A stretch of 63,021 nucleotides of DNA, the filler included, from Sphacelaria rigidula (taxonomy: Eukaryota), in assembly GCA_964200075.2 (NCBI GenBank). It is 8 parts of 8 records of this genome, joined end to end, with 100 filler letters (N's around TTAATTAATTAA, not from the genome) between each part and the next. Parts side by side here need not be neighbours in the genome. Positions count along the whole stretch, not along the records: positions 7,893 to 15,683 come from CAXNAA020013448.1; positions 15,784 to 23,574 come from CAXNAA020013449.1; 6 more parts are not named here. One strand, 5' to 3'. How positions within the stretch are numbered: the first letter of the stretch is position 1; every line of letters starts with the position of its first letter. This document shows, piece by piece, positions 13,275 through 23,061 of the stretch. The notes beneath the pieces are model-generated. The model did no database searches. It was given only the letters and a program-made list of their open reading frames with translations, and had not been told where the DNA came from. The translations under genes and the position numbers were made by a program.

Positions 13275-15117
13275 CCTGTATGGTAGTGGGCGAAGGTCCT
13301 TCAAGCAATTTTTCGAATGAAGCAATGCAGACCTACGATTCTTCGATTTCCTCCGACTCTCATCCGTTCAAATACTACCCTTATGTCGTATTCTAATGAC
13401 TACATAGTGTCGTCTTCTAAATATGACATCTATGGCCTGTGGTCATACGTATACACACTGCAACGGCCGTTGGCAATTTTCGTTGATTTTCCAACATTGG
13501 CAGCATATCACAGCCCAGGACAGCTGCGGAGCTCGAGGAGGGTAGAGTGGGAGGGAAAGAGAGGTGCAGGAAGACTGGCAGGCAATCAAGCATATCGGCC
13601 GTGATAAACAGACGGTAGCTCTGAAAGCTTACCTTCTCGCCGGCGAACTCAGGAAACGCGTGCGAAAAAAACAGGGGGAAAGTGGGAAGGCGCGGCGAGT
13701 TCGCAAATCAGCAAGGATTTGCTTTCACCGGGAAGCTTGTGTTTAAACTGAACAAGACGTTTCAGTCCACCCAGCGGCTGAGGCGCTGGGCGGAGGCAGG
13801 AACATAGAGAATGTCGGACGTGGGAGATGAGAACTCGCCATATGCGAAGACAGGCATGTCAAATGTGAGTGTATACGGCGTTGTTTCGAATGACAATTTG
13901 CTTTGGGGGATACCGACGGCCACCTTGCGATGACCTCGGGTCAAGTTACACACTGTCTAGGCAGCAGGAGCAAGCGCAGAGCGGTGTCAAGTTAGGTCAG
14001 GAAGTTTTTTGAGTGCCTGGATGGACACTCTGGCGATTGTCTGCCCCCGTGGAGTTGAAGACAGTTGATGCAGTCGGTTTGTACAGCAAGGAATCGGCTG
14101 AAATACAGTGAGTAGACAGCTGCTGATGAGCCTCAACCATACCGCACACAACTGACCGTCAGTTACAGACAGTACAATCCAGTAGTGTCTGTACACTGTA
14201 GACAGTTGCTGTGTCCTGCCAGTTGGTTGGTGTCGATCGCCGAGATCAGGGATCAGGGGAGAGTGCAGCAGTAGTGATGGTGAAACCATTGACCGTCCGT
14301 TTTTGATTAGCTGTGGCTTCTTCCGAGACAGCAGGTCGTACAACAGGTAGTTGCGAGCGATAAAAGCGAGTGCGTTACGGTACTATAATGTGCTGTGCTG
14401 AGCAGCATATTTCACCAAGTCCGCTGTAGATTTGAATTGTATGTTCCACGAGAAAATGCCTAACGGTCAGTTGGGCATACACTGGGCACCCAGCGTGCCA
14501 TGGTTTTCAAAAGCACGCGTACGCAAACCTAGGAGTGTATCTCTGAGAGGAATGCTTCATGGTGGCCGGCAAATACTTCATGGTGGCCACAAGTCGTTCC
14601 TGACACCAATATTGGGTACTGTAGTGCGCGGGAGCTGTACCTTTACTAGCAGCTATTTCCTTCTTTCTGTGCCCCTTACGTGTGCACATGTGTCGATGTC
14701 CCCTTTTCACTACCGTCGACGACACCGAGCCGTTTCTTTTCATGGCGAAAGATCAGTGCACCCGATGGAATGGTAGCGCCTTACTGTACACGGTAAGCCA
14801 AGTGCAGGCATCCGAGTCACATGTTGGGCCACAGGCAAAGGTTCAAGAGCTCGATTCTGGATGACATCGTTCCGCCCTGCTACCTATTTGCATATGAGGA
14901 GTCACTTTTCGGAATCAAAACCGCGCAACTTACGAATTACAGTCCAGTTCGAACGTATAATCCTGGCGTACGGCATTACAGTACTAAAATGTAAGCGCTT
15001 CGAGGATACCTCGAAAGCATGAGTGTATCGTCTGCTGCTATTAACTCTTTAGCGCGCGGATATTGATGTGTAGTTGGGCTAGCACAACCCATTACAAGCG
15101 CTGGAGCACGGCATCAT

Positions 15118-15220
15118 TATTTTTTATTTATTATTATTTCCGCACATTAGTCCAATCTCTCGAACCCGTGGTCACAGGCGTAGGTCCTTCTTTCCAATAC
15201 CGTCCCTGCTATTCCTTACA
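15118..15220 (-). mobile_element. 3' end of a non-LTR retroposon (LINE/SINE) with (TAA)n tail; copies at ~30963-31070(-) and 31566-31637(+)
   Basis: Three copies of tgtgaccacgggttcg.gagat.ggactaatgtgcggaaataataata. Confidence 0.75.
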
Positions 15221-15605
15221 AAATCTACAGTCCTCCATCATTTTTGTTCGAGACTCCAGCCTAATGACAGGAACGAACGCAATAATCTTAACTATTAACA
15301 AGATGGAAAAAAAAGAGATACGCCAAGAGCTTCCTGGCAACAAGGCCGTCCGTAATACTGGTAGCCCTTAGAGTCCCGTATGGTACTCGTACCTTCACGG
15401 GGCCCGAAAATATATAAATTTTCAATTAGGCGATACATGCCCTGTAATTGGTATCTGCGCCCCCCCTCCCCCAGTGCCAGGTCAATGGTCGTATGACTAT
15501 GGCATACAAGATCATGAGTACTCCCCCCCCCTCCCCCCGTGCTTCGTCTGGAAAGGGATGCGTGGTCAAAGGCCAAACGACTAAGTCAAGCAACAAATAA
15601 GAACG

Positions 15606-15639
<34 letters not shown>

Positions 15640-15783
15640 AAACGTCCTGGGTTCCTCCCTCTGTAACGCGACAAAAAAAACCCNNNNNNNNNNNNNNNNN
15701 NNNNNNNNNNNNNNNNNNNNNNNNNNNTTAATTAATTAANNNNNNNNNNNNNNNNNNNNNNNNNNNNNNNNNNNNNNNNNNNN

Positions 15784-15856
15784 TGTGCGAATTGAGGTGC
15801 AAGTCGGGTTGCCCACTTGGGCCTCAATTCAGACTTGAACCTCAATTCGCACAATT
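15784..15856. repeat. Inverted repeat at the contig start, probably the end of a MITE inserted in the HUH transposase C-terminus
   Basis: tgtgcgaattgaggtgcaagtc ... gacttgaacctcaattcgcaca (21/22 match), with an internal third cctcaattc unit. Confidence 0.55.
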
Positions 15857-16899
15857 TGCTGTTGAGACCAGAAATTCTTCTTGCCGACTTCGAGGCGCAC
15901 GTCCTTCACCACCTGACGCTGCAGCTTCCGGTACTCGGCGAGAGCGACGTTAATCTCCGTGCGTGACACGTTTTTAGTCGCGGTCCGGAAGTGGCCTCTC
16001 CCGACATCCTTGGAGCAGTAGCCGACCATAGCTGGAGGGATATAGAAGGCGCACATGGAGAAAGGAGCGACGAAAAGGGAAGAGCGGTGTGAGGTAATGG
16101 ACGGGAAAGAAGATAGGAGGAAGGAAAGGGTCGGGAGTGAAGGCGTACAGTAAGATGTGCAATGCAGGAGGGAGAGGTGAGGGTCGGAAGAAAGGGAGGA
16201 AGAATTCCAAGAGATATTTGCAAGTAAAAAACGAGAGTAGGGAATGATGCGTGAGCGATATTCAAAAAAGGAAATAAAATTGGAAGGGTACGAAGAGAAA
16301 AAGAACTTGCCTTCAAAAGACTGCTTGGCACCGAGAGGCTTAACGTCAATCTTGAGTCGTAGATCAGGTCCCCAACTCTCGAACGTCTTCAAGTTGTTAC
16401 GTTCGTCCGTGTTCACCTTCTTATCATCGTCGTAGGCCTTCAAGATTCCCAATGTAAGAATCCCCTGGACGTGTAGGTTCCCCTTTTGCCCCCCTCGCTC
16501 GAGACTAACTAACCCGCGCGTCGCCTTCTTCTCCAAGAAGTGCGCCGCGTCATCGAGAACGGTGGCGGGTATGTTCCCCGCGTCGCGGGATGCTCTCGTC
16601 AGAGAGAAGTCCACAGGATTCCCTGTTCCGTAATTGATGATGTTGTCGATGACGTCACCGGTGCGGGGGCAGAGGCGGACCGGAGATGGCTGACGCCGCG
16701 GACGACCGCGAGGCCGCGGCCAGGGGATGGAAGGGTCGGCAGCGGAGAGAGGACAGGTACCGCTGACGTCGCCGGCGGCGCGGAGTTCGGCCGAGAAAGC
16801 ATCGGCACCCCTGGCGTCGGAGGCAGCGGGGCGAGGGGCGGCGCCGGCAGGGCGGCTGGAATTGGCGGCGCTGGCAGCGGTGGATGAAGCGGACATAGC

Positions 16900-17045
16900 G
16901 CCGTCGGAACCGGAGGGGATAGCTGAGGTGGTACGAATGGAGGGGGCGGTGCGACTGGAGGTGACGCCGTCGGAGCCGGAGGGGATAGCTGACACGGTAC
17001 GAATGGAGGGGGCGGAGCGACTGGGGGTGACGCCGTCGGAGACGG
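16900..17045 (-). repeat. 60-bp coding tandem repeat (~2.3 copies; SDGVTxSRxAPSIRTxSAIPSG)
   Basis: ccggaggggatagctga..cggtacgaatggagggggcgg.gcgactgg.ggtgacgccgtcgga occurs twice. Confidence 0.9.
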
Positions 17046-17494
17046 CGGCGATGCGGGGGCATCCGCGGCGTCGCGGTTGACCGGCGAGTGGAGAGGATTG
17101 TGCGGTGGCGGCAGATGTCCGGACGGGATCCTCGGCAGTAGAGACGCGGGGACGACGACCACGCGACCGCCCCGTGCGCGTAGGCCCATCAGGCGCAAGT
17201 GAAGGCGCAGGCCGGTCGTCAGTCGTACCCGTAGAACCCTGCATGGCCGCAGGGTGCGGCGACGGGGTGACACCTCCGGCGTGTTAGGGGTTACGAGGTG
17301 GAGACGCCGTTGTGAATGTCGTGGGCGACGCCCGACGCGCTAGAGAGGAAGGAGAGAGTGGCGTTGACGGGGAGGAAAGGAACAAGTTTTAGAAAAAAAT
17401 AAGAATAAACGATGAGAAGATGAGATAATATCTGTAGTTATGTTGGAGGAATGAGAAGAAATAAAAAAATCAACGTCGCGAAAATAGTGTGTTC

Positions 17495-18005
17495 CCCTCG
17501 TCCAAAAAATAAATCTTCCCCTTGTCCAAAAAACAAATCCAACCGTCCATCCTAAAATATATCATTGATTCATTCGATCTAATAATGTACTGATACCTGG
17601 AAATAGATTATTGCCCTTAACTCATGAAAAAGAAAATTGTCTTCCCCTTGTCCAAAAAATAAAATCCAACCATGCATCCTAAAATATATAATACCTTATT
17701 CATTTTATTTACCTATAATTTATTTGTATCTATTGTCTTTGCCTTGACCAAAAAATAAAATCGAGCCATCCATCCTCAAACAATGTTTGATTAATTAGTT
17801 CATTAATTATTAAGTAAATGAATAATATTTTATACTTGCTTTTCACTCAGGACCTCACAATTTCGGTCATCAGAATAGATGTTTGTATGGCGTGTAGTGG
17901 TTATCAATACAAGCCCAAAAAATAAAACCCAACCGTCCATCCTATTGTATTTTCCTTGTCCAAAAAATAAAATTCAATCATCCATCCTCAAACAATCTTT
18001 AATGA
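17495..18005. repeat. Array of ~6 degenerate CCTTGTCCAAAAAATAAAATCCAACCATCCATCCT motifs in an AT-rich transposase intron
   Basis: Copies near 17495, 17518, 17645, 17742, 17914, 17954. Confidence 0.8.
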
Positions 18006-18623
18006 ATTCATTATTTATTTTAATTACAATTAAATTACAAGCTCAAAACTCACAAATGAAGGTAAAGTTAGGCGTCATAGAAGCTATGCGCTAGCTGTTC
18101 TTTCTTGTAGTAATTGGTGTTGTCCCCAGTGGTATAACGTGTTCGAGCGCAAATAAATACAGAGTAATGATGAAACTTGGAAAATATCACAGAAGTTATG
18201 AATTGATGCACCAGAGAGGGGAAGGTGGGGAAAAGGTAAAAAAGAAGAAGAAAATTAACGTATCGTACAAAGTGAGAACTGTATACAGGGTGATGATGGA
18301 GTGGGGAAACATGGAGAAATATATTCGCTGATGGAGACGTGGTGCAGACGCGATATTTCGAAATACTACAAATAAGAAATTGGATGTGGAATACAAAATA
18401 CGGTTAGGTATCATGAAAAAAAAAATGACGAAATGAAGAGAATGTGAAGTGGGAGAGACTAGCGCCATAGAGATCCGAACGAAATCGTACAAAACAGGAA
18501 GAAAAATACAGACCGGGAAAAAGTGAGAATACTAGCAATGAAAAAAACGTAAAACGGAACGAACGGCTTCCCATAATTTGCAGGGCTATATCACAGATGC
18601 TTGGAGTTTCACTTATATATGAC

Positions 18624-18865
18624 AGGAGACGGATAATATCCATGTTGCCATACACTCTTGATCAGAGTTGAGAAGCAAAGCCAAATATTGGGTGATGGAG
18701 ATGCGGTGCAGACGCGAATTTTGGATTTAGAACATACCTAAACATTTCAGGTGAAAGGAGACGGATACAATCCATGTTGCCATACACTCTTGATCAGAGT
18801 TGAGAAACATAGCCAAGTATTGGGTGATGGAGATGCGGTACAGACGCGAATTTTCGATTTAGTAC
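18624..18865. repeat. 132-bp tandem duplication (partial third copy ~18325-18360)
   Basis: aggagacggata..atccatgttgccatacactcttgatcagagttgagaa...gatggagatgcggt.cagacgcgaatttt at 18624 and 18756. Confidence 0.9.
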
Positions 18866-21079
18866 ATAAACATTTTATGTGGGAAAGGAAGTACTACTAG
18901 GGAGTATAAAACATGCAAGAATAAAGTGAAGGAAGCATTAACTGGAAGAGACAAAGAAGAAGATATCAGAAGAAATGACAAAAAGAGAAAAAAAATAGAG
19001 AATATCAGTAATGGAAACAAAACAAAAACGTTGATAAAAACGATGGGTATACCTCACAAATCAGGCGAGAGCGTTGCATTGTCGGAGACAGAGTCGACGG
19101 AGGCAATCGGCGTTCCGGTCTTCCAAGCGGGGGCTGTAGTGTTGCTTTGTACACGCTGCTTCTTGGGCGGAGATTCGTATTCGTTGGTGTGGTCGTCGTC
19201 GTCGGACTCGTTGCTGTGATCGTCTAATTCGTCGTCGGACGTTAGACACTGGGGGACGTCGTCTCGTTTCTTCCCCAAGAAGACGTCGTACTCCTCGAGA
19301 GCTCGGCGCTGCTACTTCGTACACTTGGTGACGAACGCCTGAGAGGAAGAGGGAAGTACGAGAGAACGGTGTAGCGGGTGAGAAATCAGGAATATAATTA
19401 GCTTGTGTGCGGTGGACAGCGGGTCGGAGAAGGACATGCAAAGTAGGGAATCGCGTGGGCGAAACTGAGGAGGAGGTGATTAAAATCAAAAGAGAATGAC
19501 TTTAAATATTCAAAGCACACTAATTATAAGGGATGCTGCTATACAGAATTACTTGACGAAACAAATTCCAATCCATATCCATAAAACGTTTATTCTTATA
19601 TTAAAATTCGAGGATTTGTTTTCAACAAAATAAGGAACCTCTTTAATTTTTAATTTTGACTACTTACTGAAAACATCAACTATTAAACATTAATTTTTTA
19701 ATTTTGGCAGGCGCATATATTGCTGAAGCAGTTAAGGGACATTAAGATATAATTACAACTTTAAAATTAAATTTGCCTACTTCAAAAGAAACAAATGATG
19801 AATTCAAAAAAGAGGATTAAGCGACCCATTAAACGAATAATTTTTAAAGGTTTTGAGGTAACGTGTAGTCATTGAGTCCATCTGCGGCCGCAGAAGTAGA
19901 ATTCAGGGTTTTTGTGCAGAACTATGGGCGCGAAAAAAACAGGAGTAAAAACTATGTTGCAGAGATTCCCGAGATACAGCAGATTTTGAAGAGAAATGGA
20001 CATAATTGGCGCAGATTTCGAAGAGGACAGCGCAGAGTTGCCATTTGCCCGGGCGAAAAACCTGCAGGCAGACAGACTGACGTCCTCTTTCAAGGGCCGC
20101 ACACGTTACACGTTCATGTTGCACATATGAGATCAAAAGTGAAGCCATGCCAGTACTACGGTGGCGGACGGGGACAAGGTGGGGAGCTCTGTTAAAAAGT
20201 TAAGTCAGATCAGAGGTCCCTACACGGTCGCCGTCGGTATTAATACCCCCGCTTAACATTGGAGGTACCAAAAAAAAGGCAGAGAAGAAACAAATGCACA
20301 GGAAAGGCGCAAAAAAGCGAAAAAAAAGCAGGAACAATACATGAAATGCGCAATAAACGAGCGAAATAATGAGGAGATTGACTCAATGGGTAGTGACGTC
20401 GCGGTTGTGCGGTCGAGAATCACGAAATACACAGTGCAGTACAGTCAGAGACAAAAACAGCGGAGGCGGAATCGAAAAATAAAAATACGGTGGCAAAGGC
20501 AACTAAGGAGGGAGATGGTGCATACAACACAGATAGTGCAGGAAACTGCGAAAGTACGAATGAGAGTTGTGAATCGTACCGGCATTGAAAGAATTTATGG
20601 TGTGGTGTAAAGTCGTGACGAGGACAGTTCAGAAGAGGAGGACATTACCTATTCAGTACGATACAGTACGACGTCGCGTGTACGCACAAAACGGGTGGAA
20701 TACTATAACATGGTAAGAGGACCCACCTTGGCCTTCACCTTCAACCGCCGTCGAAGGTATGGCCTCAAGTCGTTGGCGACCTCCTTCGCGTCGTCAGGAT
20801 CGGACGCGGCGAAGGCCCACGTAGACGGCGGCACCACGCCTGGTACCCCGTCAGGCAGGTACAGATACCTCTGTCGTTTGAGGGCCTCCCGAACAGCGTA
20901 CCCGTTCTCGACCAGAACACAACTCGTTTTGTTGGGCACCGTGATGTGAATTGCCTGGCCCAACATATACTACAATACAGCTTGCGGTAGTAATGTGTTC
21001 TTTCTAAGCCGCGGATGAAGTGTAAAGGGTGGGAGGGGAGGGGGAACCTTCGTCGCAGAGACGCGATGAAATGGGAGAT

Positions 21080-21430
21080 CAGTGGCTGTGGAGCCGTTCG
21101 TTGTTCGGAGGAACGAAAGGGCACGCGGCCAGAATAAGAGTGTTTATTTTGCGGGGAAATTTCGTTGACGTTTCCGCGGTGAAATACGAGGATTTAGAGT
21201 CCGTTTGTTCGTCGGACGATCGAAAGGGCATGCGGCCAGCATACGAGTGTTTATTTGTCGGGGGATTTTTGTTGACGTTTCCGCGGTGAAAAACCGGGAT
21301 ATAGAGTTTTTGGGAGAACAGTGACTGTGGAGCCGTTCGTTGATCGGAGGAACGAAAGGGCACGCGGCGAGCATACGAGCGTTTATTTAGCGGGGAATTT
21401 TTGTTGACGTTTCGGCGGTGAAAAACCGGG
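21080..21430. repeat. ~110-130-bp tandem repeat, 3 copies
   Basis: ccgtt.gtt..tcgga.ga.cgaaagggca.gcgg..ag.ata.gag.gtttattt..cgggga..ttt.gttgacgtttc.gcggtgaaa three times. Confidence 0.88.
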
Positions 21431-22056
21431 GTATTATAGAGTTTTCCGGGATACTCCATTGCGTTATTCGCAGCGGATGAAAGGCACATAGAAGAGGATT
21501 TGTAGAGAGGTATGGTACGGTAATACGGCGAAATAGCGGGATTTAGATCTTTCCCGGAAATTCCGATGGGATATAGCCTGCGGATGAAACGCACCTTGGC
21601 GGTCATCGAAGTGTATCATGTGTGATTGCCGTGGGTTTATGGGATGTACAGGGTCGATTCTGTTGTGGTGTAAGTGTTATTATACAGCGCCTGTAACATG
21701 TACGAGTCGTTCGAAGTGGGCTTGGAAAGGACGACGTACCAGCGCAGGCATGAGGCGGGGATGAAATGGCGTTGGCGAGGAGTGATGACGGTAGGGAAGA
21801 GCGGGCGAGAAACTGGGCGGGCGATACGGTATGTGCTCATAATGTGTATGTTACTACCATTGATCCCCACCATCGAGAGATTAGTGCATATTTGCCGTGA
21901 CCTCCGAACGTGCATGGTGTATGATTGCGTGAGAGTGAGCGACGTTTTGACGTACGTCTAAGAAACGCCGCGAAGGATTTTTTGAACACCAATTAAAGTG
22001 AAAAACAGACTTTTTAGGACGAGGGGACGACAACATCAAGTGAAGAAAAAGTACAC

Positions 22057-22176
22057 ATGATCCAGACAGACTAATCTCGCGGTCTAAGGGTTAGCCCTTA
22101 CGGGGAGAGAGTTGGGTCATCTGCTGAATCGGCATCAATTTCACTTGAAAAACGTGTGCATGATTCAGATGGACTG
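22057..22176 (+). repeat. Dispersed repeat, also at ~59495-59672 where it is tandemly reiterated
   Basis: atg.tccaga.agacta.tctcgcggtc.aagggtta.ccctt...cggcatcaatttcacttgaaaaa...gcatgat.cagatggact in both contigs. Confidence 0.8.
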
Positions 22177-22285
22177 AGGTTTTGCCACAAGAACCATCAT
22201 AAATCATCTTCACCTGTTCCCACACCATGAATTTTCCGAGAACTATCTTCACCATCCCAAGTGGTAAACTCTACTGTAGGGTTAA

Positions 22286-23061
22286 GGCGGCATCTTATCA
22301 GAAGTGATTATCATTTTTCAAAAAATCACTTTTGGAGAAGTGATTGCCCCCACAACGGCCAGTGCTGTGTCTTGTCGACAGGCAGTTTTGTTCAGATCGA
22401 AGCCCAGATCTGCGCATAGGTAAAAAATGCGGTGGTTCTGGAAGTGGCCGTTAGTCCAAAATGTCTGTACTGCTGCGGACAAGACGCAAAGAGGTAAAAC
22501 AGCGCCGACACACCTAGCCACGAAAACAGACGGATAGATATTCACCACTCACGCGCATTAGCTCAAGTGCTAGCTCTTGATCATCTACGTACGACAGCCT
22601 TTGTTTGACGGAAATCCGTCCAGTATTAGATGAGAAGCGGCCGCTTGCGTGTCAACTAGCAACCCAAAACGTGCTGTTGCTGACTGTTTTTGAGCGTGTG
22701 CTGTGCGCGCGTCTCACGCAAATAATCATTTCTCACCGAATTCTGAACCGATTTGAATAAGGTCACGCACAGCGTGCTCAGCTGATGAGCAGCAATGAAT
22801 GGAGCGGTGTGTTTTGGTTTGAGAGGCTAATACATTTATCAGGTTCACGTTTGATTGTGTTGACTTGTCTGTCAAGACTTCGGTTATGCCCCTGTCAACG
22901 GGATGTTGTATGTTCCCGTTCGAGGTGTCACCAAATCACTTTTACAAAAGTGATTTTTTGGCACTTTTTGGAGGGGGTGGTATCGCAGCAACCAATCATC
23001 GGTCTTTTTTCACAAAAGTGATTGTTTGAAAAGTGATAATCACTTCTGATAAGACGCCGCC
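22286..23061. mobile_element. Complete PIF/Harbinger (Tourist-like) MITE, 776 bp
   Basis: ~50-bp TIRs GGCGGC(A/G)TCTTATCAGAAGTGATTATCA..; TAA target-site duplication at 22283-22285 and 23062-23064; second copy at 54715-55133. Confidence 0.9.

Larger units (their letters stand above)
15829..21690 (-). pseudogene. Replitron-type HUH transposase; exons 21690-21595, 20954-20727, 19338-19053, 17339-16311, 16031-15829; five in-frame stops in the upstream exons
   Basis: DFSLT (motif 1-like)..FLEKKATRGLVSLERGGQKGNLHVQGIL (motif 2)..SW..IDVKPL..FE|AMVGYCSKD..HFRTATKNVSRTEINVALAEY (motif 3, YxxK). Splice phases 0,0,1,1 put all exons in one frame. AT-hook-like RPRGRPRR and RGRRPR motifs. Confidence 0.8.
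15829..22030 (-). mobile_element. Replitron-like HUH-endonuclease DNA transposon (decayed; one end lost at the contig edge; upstream boundary approximate)
   Basis: Encodes an HUH Rep-like transposase with no helicase visible; contains AT-rich introns with internal repeat arrays. Confidence 0.75.

Noticed and set aside
17495-18005. Repeat-spacer pattern resembling a CRISPR array
   Set aside because: Repeats are degenerate, spacing is irregular, there are no cas genes and the context is a eukaryotic intron
17284-21640. All five premature stops in the HUH gene could derive from C-to-T changes (RIP- or methylation-like)
   Set aside because: Any stop codon is one C-to-T change away from CAA, CAG or CGA, so this is uninformative without an ancestral consensus
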